NCBI GenBank assembly: GCA_016176285.1
Contig: JACOXM010000003.1
Span: forward strand, 1 to 62,414
Direction of reading: 5' to 3'
Length of the DNA: 62,414 bases
Source of the DNA: Candidatus Giovannonibacteria bacterium
Lineage (GTDB): Bacteria; Patescibacteriota; Minisyncoccia; JACPKW01; UBA11713
In this document: piece by piece, positions 1 through 7,282 of the stretch
Numbering within the stretch: the stretch's first letter is position 1
Layout: each line of letters opens with the position of its first letter
The notes under the pieces: generated by a model
The model's input: the letters and a program-made list of their open reading frames with translations, nothing else
Told to the model about the DNA's origin: nothing
Database searches by the model: none
Made by a program: the position numbers and the translations under genes

Positions 1-121
1 GGCAATTGTAATATCAGCTCGCGCCATCTTTTTTCGGCTGGTGTTCCGCCGAAGCGGAACTAGGCCTTCAAAAAGAAGGCGCTCGCTTTAGCTTATAATT
101 AAATCAGGTGTTAAATCAGGT

Positions 122-193
122 GCGCCCATAGCTCAATGGATAGAGTACTAGTCTTCGGAACTAGTGATGGGGGTTCGAATCCCTCTGGGCGCG
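122..193 (+). tRNA. tRNA-Arg (anticodon TCG)
   Basis: Hand-folded cloverleaf: acceptor GCGCCCA/TGGGCGC, anticodon stem CTAGT/ACTAG with loop CTTCGGA, T arm GGGGG-TTCGAAT-CCCTC. No encoded CCA. Confidence 0.85.
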
Positions 194-203
194 CACCGAA
201 TTT

Positions 204-1664
204 ATGCGCAAAATACCTAAAGAAGTCCTCGGGGTTGTAAAAAAGCTCCAGGAGAATAATTTTGAGGCTTACCTTGTCGGCGGGTGCGTCAGGGATTTTG
301 TGCTTGGGAAAAAACCAAAGGATTGGGATGTGACAACAAACGCAAAGCCCGAAGAAATCCAAGAGATATTTCCCGACAATTTCTATGAAAACCAATATGG
401 AACCGTGGGCGTGAAGACTTCAGCAAAGGATCAATCCCTCGCAGTTATAGAGGTTACCCCCTATCGCATAGAAGCCAAATATTCCGATAAGCGGCATCCC
501 GATAAAATCGAATTTGCTAAAGAGTTGGCCCAAGATCTTGGCCGCAGGGATTTTACGGTAAACGCGCTAGCTATGGATCTATCGAGATCCGATCTCGATA
601 TTATTGATTTAGTTGGGGGTGAGGAAGATCTAAAAAATAAAGTTATTCGGGCCGTTGGTGACCCCGACGAGCGTTTTAAAGAGGATGCTTTGCGTCTAAT
701 TCGGGCTATTCGTTTTTCGGCGGAATTAGGTTTTGAAATTGAAGATCGAACAAGGAAGGCTATTTGGGATAATTCAGGTCTCTTAAAGTTTATTTCCAAA
801 GAGAGAATCCGCGACGAACTTAACAAGCTTTTAATGTCCGCAAGGCCGTCCGAAGGGATAGAGCTTTTGCGCGAATCCGGATTGTTAAAGGAGTTTATGC
901 CGGAACTTCTTGAGGGGTATGGCGTAGACCAGAATTTGCACCATATTTATACGGTTTGGGAGCATAATTTGAGGGCACTTGCCCACTCAGCTAAAGAAGA
1001 ATGGCCGCTCGATGTCCGGATGGCGGCTTTACTGCATGATGTCGGAAAGCCAAGAACAAAGCGCGGCGAGGGGAAATTTTCGACTTTTTACGGACACGAT
1101 GTCGTCGGCGCGAAGATGGCGACGCAAATTCTCTCGAGGCTACATTATTCAAAGGACTTTATTGATAAAGTTGCAAAACTTATTCGCTATCACCTCTTTT
1201 ATTACAACGTGGATGAGGTTACGGAATCATCCGTAAGGCGCCTTATCGCGAAAGTCGGCATAGAAGATATGCAGGATTTGATCCGGGTACGAATCGCAGA
1301 TAGAATCGGCTCCGGCGTCCCCAAGGCCGAGCCCTATAAATTAAGGCATTTTAGGTTTATGGTTGAAAAACTTCAGCGCGACCCTATTTCCGCAGGAATG
1401 CTCAAGGTCAGGGGCGATGACGTGATGAAGATTTGTAAAATTGAGCCGGGACCGCGCGTTGGCTGGATTTTAGCGATATTGCTGGACGAAGTCCTCGATG
1501 ATCCGAAGAAAAATACAAAAAAACACCTTGAAGAAAAAATTCAGCGCTTGTGTCCCCTGCCCGATAAAGAACTTGCATTACTTTCAAAGAAATCGCAGGA
1601 AAAGAAGCTTGCGCTAGAGTCCGGGGAGATTGAAGAAATCAAAAAAAAGCACTATGTTAAATAG
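204..1664 (+). CDS. cca: CCA-adding enzyme / poly(A) polymerase family tRNA nucleotidyltransferase with HD domain
   Basis: 486-aa ORF. N-terminal nucleotidyltransferase pattern (LVGGCVRD, RRDFTVNA) and C-terminal HD pattern (LLHDVGKP). Confidence 0.8.
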   Translation: MRKIPKEVLGVVKKLQENNFEAYLVGGCVRDFVLGKKPKDWDVTTNAKPEEIQEIFPDNFYENQYGTVGVKTSAKDQSLAVIEVTPYRIEAKYSDKRHPDKIEFAKELAQDLGRRDFTVNALAMDLSRSDLDIIDLVGGEEDLKNKVIRAVGDPDERFKEDALRLIRAIRFSAELGFEIEDRTRKAIWDNSGLLKFISKERIRDELNKLLMSARPSEGIELLRESGLLKEFMPELLEGYGVDQNLHHIYTVWEHNLRALAHSAKEEWPLDVRMAALLHDVGKPRTKRGEGKFSTFYGHDVVGAKMATQILSRLHYSKDFIDKVAKLIRYHLFYYNVDEVTESSVRRLIAKVGIEDMQDLIRVRIADRIGSGVPKAEPYKLRHFRFMVEKLQRDPISAGMLKVRGDDVMKICKIEPGPRVGWILAILLDEVLDDPKKNTKKHLEEKIQRLCPLPDKELALLSKKSQEKKLALESGEIEEIKKKHYVK

Positions 1665-1678
1665 TGCTTAGCTAGTTT

Positions 1679-1752
1679 CGGGGTGTAGTATATCGGTAGT
1701 ACGCACGCTTCGGGTGCGTGAAGGCCGAGTTCGATTCTCGGCACCCCGACCA
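1679..1752 (+). tRNA. tRNA-Pro (anticodon CGG), CCA encoded
   Basis: Acceptor CGGGGTG/CACCCCG, anticodon stem CACGC/GCGTG with loop TTCGGGT, T loop TTCGATT, A73 followed by CCA. Confidence 0.85.
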
Positions 1753-1791
1753 ATCAGGGCCCATAGTAAATGGCATTACGCGGCATTTTCA

Positions 1792-1905
1792 CCCCGTCAC
1801 TTAATTCTCGCTTTCGGGCCTGTAGTTAAGTGGCATAACGGCGCATTCGCATTGCGCAAGCGGGGGTTCGATTCCCCCCAGGTCCACCATATATAAGTGA
1901 CGGGG
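1792..1905 (+). repeat. Perfect 12-bp inverted repeat (helix) enclosing the nested tRNA
   Basis: CCCCGTCACTTA (1792-1803) is the exact reverse complement of TAAGTGACGGGG (1894-1905). The arms enclose a 12-nt spacer, tRNA-Ala(CGC) and 4 nt. Confidence 0.9.
1816..1889 (+). tRNA. tRNA-Ala (anticodon CGC), CCA encoded, nested inside the interrupted tRNA-like gene
   Basis: GGGCCTG-TA-GTTA-AGTGGCA-TAAC-G-GCGCA-TTCGCAT-TGCGC-AAGC-GGGGG-TTCGATT-CCCCC-CAGGTCC-A-CCA. G3:U70 is present. Confidence 0.9.
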
Positions 1906-1938
1906 CAAGTTGCCGAGGCTGGAGTTCGATTCTCCATG

Positions 1939-2003
1939 GGTCCACCACTTCGCTCCCTATGGAGCTTCGAAGTGCAGAGCACAATAAAATAAAAAGAAGT
2001 AGT
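1939..2003 (+). repeat. 65-nt repeat copy A (tRNA 3' end plus downstream flank); partner at 50641-50705
   Basis: GGTCCAC[C/T]ACTTCGCTCC[C/T]TATGGAGCTTCGAAGTGCAGAGCACAATAAAATAAAAAGAAGTAGT is shared with 2 mismatches. It contains an imperfect hairpin CACTTCG..CGAAGTG. Confidence 0.85.
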
Positions 2004-2004
2004 T

Positions 2005-2544
2005 ATGAAAGGAAAAGATTTTGATACAAAAATTGCGCCAATTTCGTTTATAGATCTGGAGATGACCGGGCTTGAGAGTTCCAAGCACGAGATAATCGAA
2101 ATCGGACTTGTTAAAACTTCCCAGCCAGGTCTGGAAGTTATAGAAACGTGGGAAATAAAGGTCAAGCCTCTGCACTTGGGGACGGCTGACCCTGAAGCGC
2201 TAAAAATAAGCGGATATGACGAAAATGCGTGGAAAAATGCCATAAGCTTGAAAGAAATGATGAATTTACTTGCTCCTAAGATAAAGGGCTCGATTTTAGC
2301 TGGTTTTAACGTATCATGCGATTATGCATTTTTAGATGTTGCCACGACACAAACAGGTATTCCACTAGATTTCCACAGGCGCATTCTAGATGTAAATGCT
2401 TTTATTTGCGGTAAGTTGGGTTGTATTTTTGGCGAGAAAGGATTAAGTTCTTTTTCAAAGGAATTTAATATCAATCTCGATAAGCACCACACCGCACTGG
2501 CAGACGCTATGGCTGCCTATGAGCTGTATAAAAAAATTAAATAG
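2005..2544 (+). CDS. DEDDh 3'-5' exonuclease (DnaQ / Pol III epsilon-like)
   Basis: 179-aa ORF with ExoI DLEMTG, ExoII NVSCDYAFL and ExoIII HTALADA motifs. Confidence 0.75.
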   Translation: MKGKDFDTKIAPISFIDLEMTGLESSKHEIIEIGLVKTSQPGLEVIETWEIKVKPLHLGTADPEALKISGYDENAWKNAISLKEMMNLLAPKIKGSILAGFNVSCDYAFLDVATTQTGIPLDFHRRILDVNAFICGKLGCIFGEKGLSSFSKEFNINLDKHHTALADAMAAYELYKKIK

Positions 2545-2647
2545 TTTCTCGTGAAACACTGCATTTACACAAAACTTTTGAGAAACGTTTCACAGATTAA
2601 GAATTTCTTTGTGAAACACGTGTGAAACATAGTTTCACGTGAAACAC
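2544..2647. promoter_or_regulatory. Array of GTGAAAC / GTTTCAC half-sites (putative operator array) upstream of yraN
   Basis: Forward GTGAAACA at 2551, 2611, 2622 and 2639. Reverse GTTTCAC at 2587 and 2632, plus a degenerate GTTTCTC at 2544. Perfect 14-bp palindrome GTTTCACGTGAAAC at 2632-2645. Confidence 0.4.
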
Positions 2648-2654
2648 ATGTAAT

Positions 2655-3038
2655 ATGCCATCTGATAAACGTAAATTTGGGGATATTTGTGAAAATTTGG
2701 CAATAAAGCACTTAAAGGGCAAATCATTTTCAATATTAGAAAGGAATTATCTTAAAAAATGGGGCGAAATTGACATAATCGCCGAAGAACGTGTTTCACG
2801 TGAAACGCATAACATCCATTTTATTGAAGTCAAAGGTCATATTGGCTCTGCGGATGTCCGGCCGGAATCTAATGTGCATTACTGGAAAACGAAGCGTTTA
2901 TGGAGGGCAATTCAGACTTGGTTCTTAGAACATCCGGATTATGAAGATACGGACTGGCAGGTTGATGTAATGGCTGTTATGGTAGATTTACAGAATAGGA
3001 AAGCAAAAATTCGGTGGACCAAAAATATTATGTTATAA
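2655..3038 (+). CDS. yraN: YraN family (UPF0102) endonuclease-like protein
   Basis: 127-aa ORF with the family pattern GEIDIIAEE...IHFIEVKG. It carries an in-frame copy of the upstream palindrome. Confidence 0.65.
   Translation: MPSDKRKFGDICENLAIKHLKGKSFSILERNYLKKWGEIDIIAEERVSRETHNIHFIEVKGHIGSADVRPESNVHYWKTKRLWRAIQTWFLEHPDYEDTDWQVDVMAVMVDLQNRKAKIRWTKNIML
2793..2806. repeat. Second perfect copy of the palindrome GTTTCACGTGAAAC, inside the yraN coding sequence
   Basis: Exact 14-bp palindrome identical to 2632-2645. It encodes part of the segment ERVSRETHN. Confidence 0.9.
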
Positions 3039-3056
3039 CGGGGCTTTCCAGTAATA

Positions 3057-3128
3057 CGGGCTGTAGTGTAACGGCTAGCACGAGTCCTTTGGGAGGATTT
3101 AGTCTGGGTTCAAATCCCAGCAGCCCGA
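3057..3128 (+). tRNA. tRNA-Pro (anticodon TGG)
   Basis: Acceptor CGGGCTG/CAGCCCG, anticodon stem AGTCC/GGATT with loop TTTGGGA, T arm CTGGG-TTCAAAT-CCCAG. Confidence 0.85.
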
Positions 3129-3202
3129 CACCATTTAACCACTAAAATTTATAGTTTCAAGGTCATAAAACCTTTATTTTAACGTCTTATAAGTAAAGCT
3201 CG

Positions 3203-3709
3203 ATGAAAGAGAAAGATTTCCTTGCCGCATACGAGATGTATTCAGATGCCCTTTATAGGCATTGCTATTTTCGTTTGTTTGACAATGAAAAATCAAAGGA
3301 TATAGTACAGGAGACTTTTGTTCGCACATGGAACTATACCCTGGCTGGCAAGGAGATATCTAATATTCGGGCTTTTCTTTATAGGGTATTAAATAACCTG
3401 ATCGTTGACGAGATTAGGAAAAAAAAGTCTTATTCCCTAGAAGATCTGGCTGAAAATGGCTTTCAACCCACAGACAACAAGGCCGGAAAACAGAGGCTCG
3501 AAGTTGTTTCAGAGGTAAGGCATTTAATGAAATTCATAAACAAGCTTGGCGAAGAGAAGCGCCAGCTCTTGATGATGAGATATATGGATGGGTTGGGGCC
3601 AAAGGAAATTTCCCGTATATTGGGGAAGGGGGAAAATATAATTTCTGTCAGGTTGAACAGGGCAATAAAGGAATTAAGGCAAATCTACGATAATGGACAT
3701 AATGGATGA
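3203..3709 (+). CDS. ECF-type sigma-70 family RNA polymerase sigma factor
   Basis: 168-aa ORF with region 2 and region 4 sigma-70 patterns. It overlaps the downstream membrane-protein ORF. Confidence 0.75.
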   Translation: MKEKDFLAAYEMYSDALYRHCYFRLFDNEKSKDIVQETFVRTWNYTLAGKEISNIRAFLYRVLNNLIVDEIRKKKSYSLEDLAENGFQPTDNKAGKQRLEVVSEVRHLMKFINKLGEEKRQLLMMRYMDGLGPKEISRILGKGENIISVRLNRAIKELRQIYDNGHNG

Positions 3710-4799
3710 CTTAAAAAAAATTCAAGAAAAAATAAAAAAAATTGAGCTAACTCCGGAAGAAAAGAAGGAAATGAGGGATAATATCATTGCTGTTTTAAAG
3801 TCGCGGCCAAATCCGAGGGAAAATGAAGGAGGGGAGAACACTTTTCCCGTAAAATCTCCGTACGTTTTTAAATTTAAAAAGGCGCTTGCCTTTGCGGCTA
3901 TAATTTTGGTAATAGCCGGCGGAATGAGCGTTTCTTTAGCGGCGGAAAACGCTCTTCCCGGCGACCTTCTTTATTCGGTGAAAATAAAAGTTAACGAGGG
4001 GCTCAGCGGACTTATGGCAAGATCAGACGAAGCCCAAGTGCGCTGGCTTGTTAAAACTGCTGAGAGGCGAATAGAAGAAGCAGAAAAAATGGCGGCCAGT
4101 GGAAAGCTGGATGTAAATTCGGCCAATAATATCGAAGACAATTTAGAGTCAAAAACTAAGAGACTTAAGGATAAGCTGAATTCCCTTGATGACAAGGAGA
4201 GCTTAGGAATAGGTGCGGACGTAGTCTCGAAGCTCGAAAATTCTTTGAGCGCACATGAGGAGGTTATAAAAAAACTCTCGCTTGATAAGGGGGAAGCCAA
4301 AAAAGATTTGGATTCAATTTTAAGCGACGTGAAGTCCGTAGCCGAATCAGTCAGGGAGAGTAGGAAAAATTTTGATCGGAACGCTTTTAAAAATAAAGAC
4401 AATAAATTTATGGCCGCCCAAGTGCGTTTGAAGTTAGCGCAGGATTCTATAAAGGATGCGGAGAAAGCCCTTCAGGATTCGGGAAAAGCAGATGACGAAA
4501 CGAAGAAAAAGGCCGCAGAGTCTATTTCTAGAGCTAAGGAAGTAATTTTGGAGGCCGAGGCAAAATTAAGAGACTCTGCCGATTCGGATACTCTGGAGAA
4601 ACTCCACAGGGCGGTGGGTTTGTCGAATGAGGCAAGAGTTATGCTCGATGCGAATGTAAATTTGAATATTACGGGTTTGAATTTTTCTTCAAATGCCACA
4701 AATACCGAGAATGCCACGAGCAGCAATGATGAAAATAAGGGCGAGGGAAATCAGGATTCTGATAATAATGGAGGGGATAACGAAGGAGAGGGGAATTGA
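3693..4799 (+). CDS. DUF5667-like membrane-anchored coiled-coil protein (possible anti-sigma partner)
   Basis: 368-aa ORF with one TM segment (ALAFAAIILVIAGGMSV), the motif PGDLLYSVK, a long charged coiled-coil and an Asn/Asp/Gly-rich tail. It is translationally coupled to the sigma gene. Confidence 0.5.
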   Translation: MDIMDDLKKIQEKIKKIELTPEEKKEMRDNIIAVLKSRPNPRENEGGENTFPVKSPYVFKFKKALAFAAIILVIAGGMSVSLAAENALPGDLLYSVKIKVNEGLSGLMARSDEAQVRWLVKTAERRIEEAEKMAASGKLDVNSANNIEDNLESKTKRLKDKLNSLDDKESLGIGADVVSKLENSLSAHEEVIKKLSLDKGEAKKDLDSILSDVKSVAESVRESRKNFDRNAFKNKDNKFMAAQVRLKLAQDSIKDAEKALQDSGKADDETKKKAAESISRAKEVILEAEAKLRDSADSDTLEKLHRAVGLSNEARVMLDANVNLNITGLNFSSNATNTENATSSNDENKGEGNQDSDNNGGDNEGEGN

Positions 4800-5539
4800 T
4801 CATGCCGCCCGCGCTGGAAGTAAAAAATCTCGTTAAAAAATATTCAAATAAAACTGCGGTTGATAATATATCATTTTCAGTAAAACGCGGGGAGTTCTTC
4901 GGTTTTTTGGGGCCGAACGGAGCGGGAAAGACATCAACCATAAGCATGATTACGGGGACCGCGAAAATAACTTCCGGCGAGATAAAAGTTTTTGGGCATG
5001 ATGTAGTTGCCAGTTACCGCGAAGCTAGAAAAAAAATCGGCATTTCGCCGCAGGAATTTAATGTTGATATTTTCGCCTGCCCACGCGATATTTTATATTT
5101 CGTTGCCGGATATTTTGGAATTCCCAAAAAAGAGCGGCTGGATAGGATTGACGTCGTTATAAATGAACTCGGCCTCAAAGATTATGCAGATAAAAAATTT
5201 CAGCATCTTTCCGGCGGCTATAAGCGCCGCGTTATGCTGGCGCGCGCCATGATTCACGATCCAGATTTACTTATATTAGACGAACCAACTTCGGGGGTTG
5301 ATGTGGAACTTCGCCACGATCTCTGGCGAATTTTGACGGATCTCAATAAAAAAGGAAAAACAATTTTTTTAACAACGCACTATCTTGAAGAAGCCCAGCG
5401 CCTCTGCGATCGAATCGGAATTATTTTCAACGGCAAAATAGTCTCGCTCGAATCTAAAGATGAATTAATTAAAGACGGGAAATCGATAGAGGATCATTAT
5501 CTGGCCCAAGTATCTGGGCAGCGAAACGGCGGAATATAA
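4796..5539 (+). CDS. ABC transporter ATP-binding protein (ABC-2 type exporter ATPase)
   Basis: Walker A GPNGAGKT, signature LSGGYKRR, Walker B LLILDEPT. Confidence 0.85.
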   Translation: MIMPPALEVKNLVKKYSNKTAVDNISFSVKRGEFFGFLGPNGAGKTSTISMITGTAKITSGEIKVFGHDVVASYREARKKIGISPQEFNVDIFACPRDILYFVAGYFGIPKKERLDRIDVVINELGLKDYADKKFQHLSGGYKRRVMLARAMIHDPDLLILDEPTSGVDVELRHDLWRILTDLNKKGKTIFLTTHYLEEAQRLCDRIGIIFNGKIVSLESKDELIKDGKSIEDHYLAQVSGQRNGGI

Positions 5540-5620
5540 AAATGTTGAATTGTTGCATGGTACATTGTTTACGCTATCGCGCAAATAGTGTACCGGATGT
5601 ATATGCTTTACCAAACAAAA

Positions 5621-5660
5621 AAGCCCTTTGGTATTTCTACCTCAGGGCTTTTGGTTTTTA
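5621..5660. terminator. Bidirectional intrinsic terminator between convergent genes
   Basis: Stem AAGCCCT (5621-5627) / AGGGCTT (5644-5650), flanked by an A-run upstream and a T-run downstream. Confidence 0.55.
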
Positions 5661-5676
5661 TTGAGTGATCTCCTTT

Positions 5677-7146
5677 TTATTCAATCATTGTTTGTGGTAT
5701 TACTAACGCATCTCCACTTACGAAGGGTTCAAAATTTTTTCTAATGAACCACTCGTCAAGCAAGGCATTTGGCAACACTACAATCTTGGTGAACTGCGGT
5801 TTGACTCTCGGTGCTTGAGCTAAAATCGTAAGGGAGAGAGCCAATGTGAGAGCGATTCCTACCTCCTTAAGGTGCCGCCTGATATCCCAAGTATCTCGGA
5901 ACAAATACCACTCGCCACGGAAGCTTCTACAGATAATTCTATTTGTGAATGGGATTGAAAGCATCCATCTTCCGCTTGGAGTGATTGGCATTTTCCCAAC
6001 CAGCGTTGGGGCGTTTGCCTGAGGCACTGATGTTCCCGGCAGGAATTGATGAAGGGTGGACAGAAGTTTTCGGAATCTTCTCATTGGAATACGAAGGTGT
6101 TCCGTTCCAGCAACCGGCATCGCATGGAATAGTTTATGATTTCTAATTCCGAGACGATCCAGAGTCATAAGTAGTCTGCTAAGAATTTCTGGTTTGTCAT
6201 TCACGCCTCGCAAAACCACTGTCTGATCCATAATATCAACACCACTCGATTGGATGTTCTTTATAGCTCGGATTGCCTCACTGGCCAGTTCACAAGGATG
6301 ATTTACATGAGTCACGATGCGAAATGATGCATTCCGCGATTTCATGCGTGAAGCAAATTCTCTGAACATTTCGAGAAGCTCGGTATCATAGAATCGCATC
6401 GGCAGATCCACTACAAGCCGCGTTGCCAACCGGAGAACTTGGACCGTTTCACTTTTTACGAGAGGTTCAAGTATTTCTCTCAGCTGTTTATTGTTGCGCG
6501 TAAGAGGATCCCCACCAGTAACAAGGATGTGCGGCGTTTTTCTTTCGATAGCTTCTTTTACAGCCATCTGGACTTCTTCCAAATCCCCAGTGATTTGAGA
6601 AGCTTCGCCGTGCGCATCTCCCACTTCCCTGAAACAAAATGAGCAGTGGCGCGCGCATGTCGCGGTTGCTATGATGATGTCCGTATTTGGATACATGTTT
6701 TCGAGTGCCTGCGTTTCGGTATCAGACCCCTTTCCAGTAAACAAGATTTTAAGAAACGCTGGAATTGGTAAGCGCTCCCAAATTTTCGAAGAAGCCAAAT
6801 CATGCCGTTTTGCCCAGACCCACTGATGTTCGCTATCTTTCGATGAGGTCGGCAGAATGGATTGCAAGCTTTCCGCCCGGTATCCTTCGGGATCAGAATC
6901 TTTCAAACTTAGCAGCAACTTAACATTATAAGGCGTTAATCCGATGCGTCGGCGCCTTGGCTCAAAATTAGAGTCTAAAAGCCCGATTGCTACCAGTTGG
7001 TCTGTGTTACTGCAGATCGCCTTATATTGCATTTGCCATTTCCAGTTATTCCAATCACTAGACCCTGCTTTCAAGACATCAACGATATTTGTAGTTTTCA
7101 TGATTTTCCCCTTCTGTATGTTTTCAACGATCTTTATTTTCTGCAA
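5677..7146 (-). CDS. KamA family radical SAM aminomutase-like protein (lysine 2,3-aminomutase family)
   Basis: 489-aa ORF with CARHCSFCFRE (CxxxCxxC), GGDPL and a candidate PLP lysine in LVGKMP. An extra C-terminal tail contains the hydrophobic segment IALTLALSLTILA. Confidence 0.7.
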   Translation of the reverse strand: MQKIKIVENIQKGKIMKTTNIVDVLKAGSSDWNNWKWQMQYKAICSNTDQLVAIGLLDSNFEPRRRRIGLTPYNVKLLLSLKDSDPEGYRAESLQSILPTSSKDSEHQWVWAKRHDLASSKIWERLPIPAFLKILFTGKGSDTETQALENMYPNTDIIIATATCARHCSFCFREVGDAHGEASQITGDLEEVQMAVKEAIERKTPHILVTGGDPLTRNNKQLREILEPLVKSETVQVLRLATRLVVDLPMRFYDTELLEMFREFASRMKSRNASFRIVTHVNHPCELASEAIRAIKNIQSSGVDIMDQTVVLRGVNDKPEILSRLLMTLDRLGIRNHKLFHAMPVAGTEHLRIPMRRFRKLLSTLHQFLPGTSVPQANAPTLVGKMPITPSGRWMLSIPFTNRIICRSFRGEWYLFRDTWDIRRHLKEVGIALTLALSLTILAQAPRVKPQFTKIVVLPNALLDEWFIRKNFEPFVSGDALVIPQTMIE

Positions 7147-7282
7147 TCATTATAGCTTAATATTTTAGATATGTCAATATAATAAGACAAGTATATCAAT
7201 ATAGATTGGCTATGTTCTAAAATTTGCTTTATTTAAAGGTTTTTTGATATGATAAAAATATGTCTAAAATAGTAGACATTAT

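Larger units (their letters stand above)
1757..1947 (+). tRNA. Interrupted tRNA-like gene with Ala identity elements. The 5' half is 1757-1791 and the 3' half is 1911-1947; the intervening segment carries a complete tRNA-Ala(CGC).
   Basis: 5' half: GGGCCCA-TA-GTAA-ATGGCA-TTAC-G-CGGCA-TTTTCA. 3' half: TGCCG-AGGC-TGGAG-TTCGATT-CTCCA-TGGGTCC-A-CCA. The halves pair into a full cloverleaf with G3:U70 and A73. The loop side of the 5' half reads U33-UUC-A37. Confidence 0.6.

Noticed and set aside
100-121. Tandem duplication TAAATCAGGTG x2 just upstream of tRNA-Arg(TCG)
   Set aside because: It is a real 11-nt tandem repeat, but it is short, has only two copies and has no recognisable function. It is likely replication slippage in a leader region.
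1786-1910. An archaeal-type bulge-helix-bulge splicing motif at the nested tRNA
   Set aside because: Between the anticodon stem and the 12-bp helix there are 6 nt (UUUUCA) on the 5' side and 5 nt (CAAGU) on the 3' side. I could not arrange these into two 3-nt bulges separated by a 4-bp helix. The possibility of a relaxed motif is left open in the finding.
1714-2243. ORFs 1714-1896 (+), 1797-2243 (-) and 1957-2175 (-)
   Set aside because: They overlap the tRNA-Pro, nested tRNA-Ala region or run antisense to the DEDDh exonuclease gene. They show no protein-like features.
2544-2647. The GTGAAAC repeat array as a replication origin (DnaA-box cluster)
   Set aside because: TGTTTCACA matches the DnaA box TTATCCACA at only about 6 of 9 positions. 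No dnaA or dnaN gene and no AT-rich unwinding element are nearby, and one copy lies inside a coding sequence. An operator or palindromic repeat fits better.
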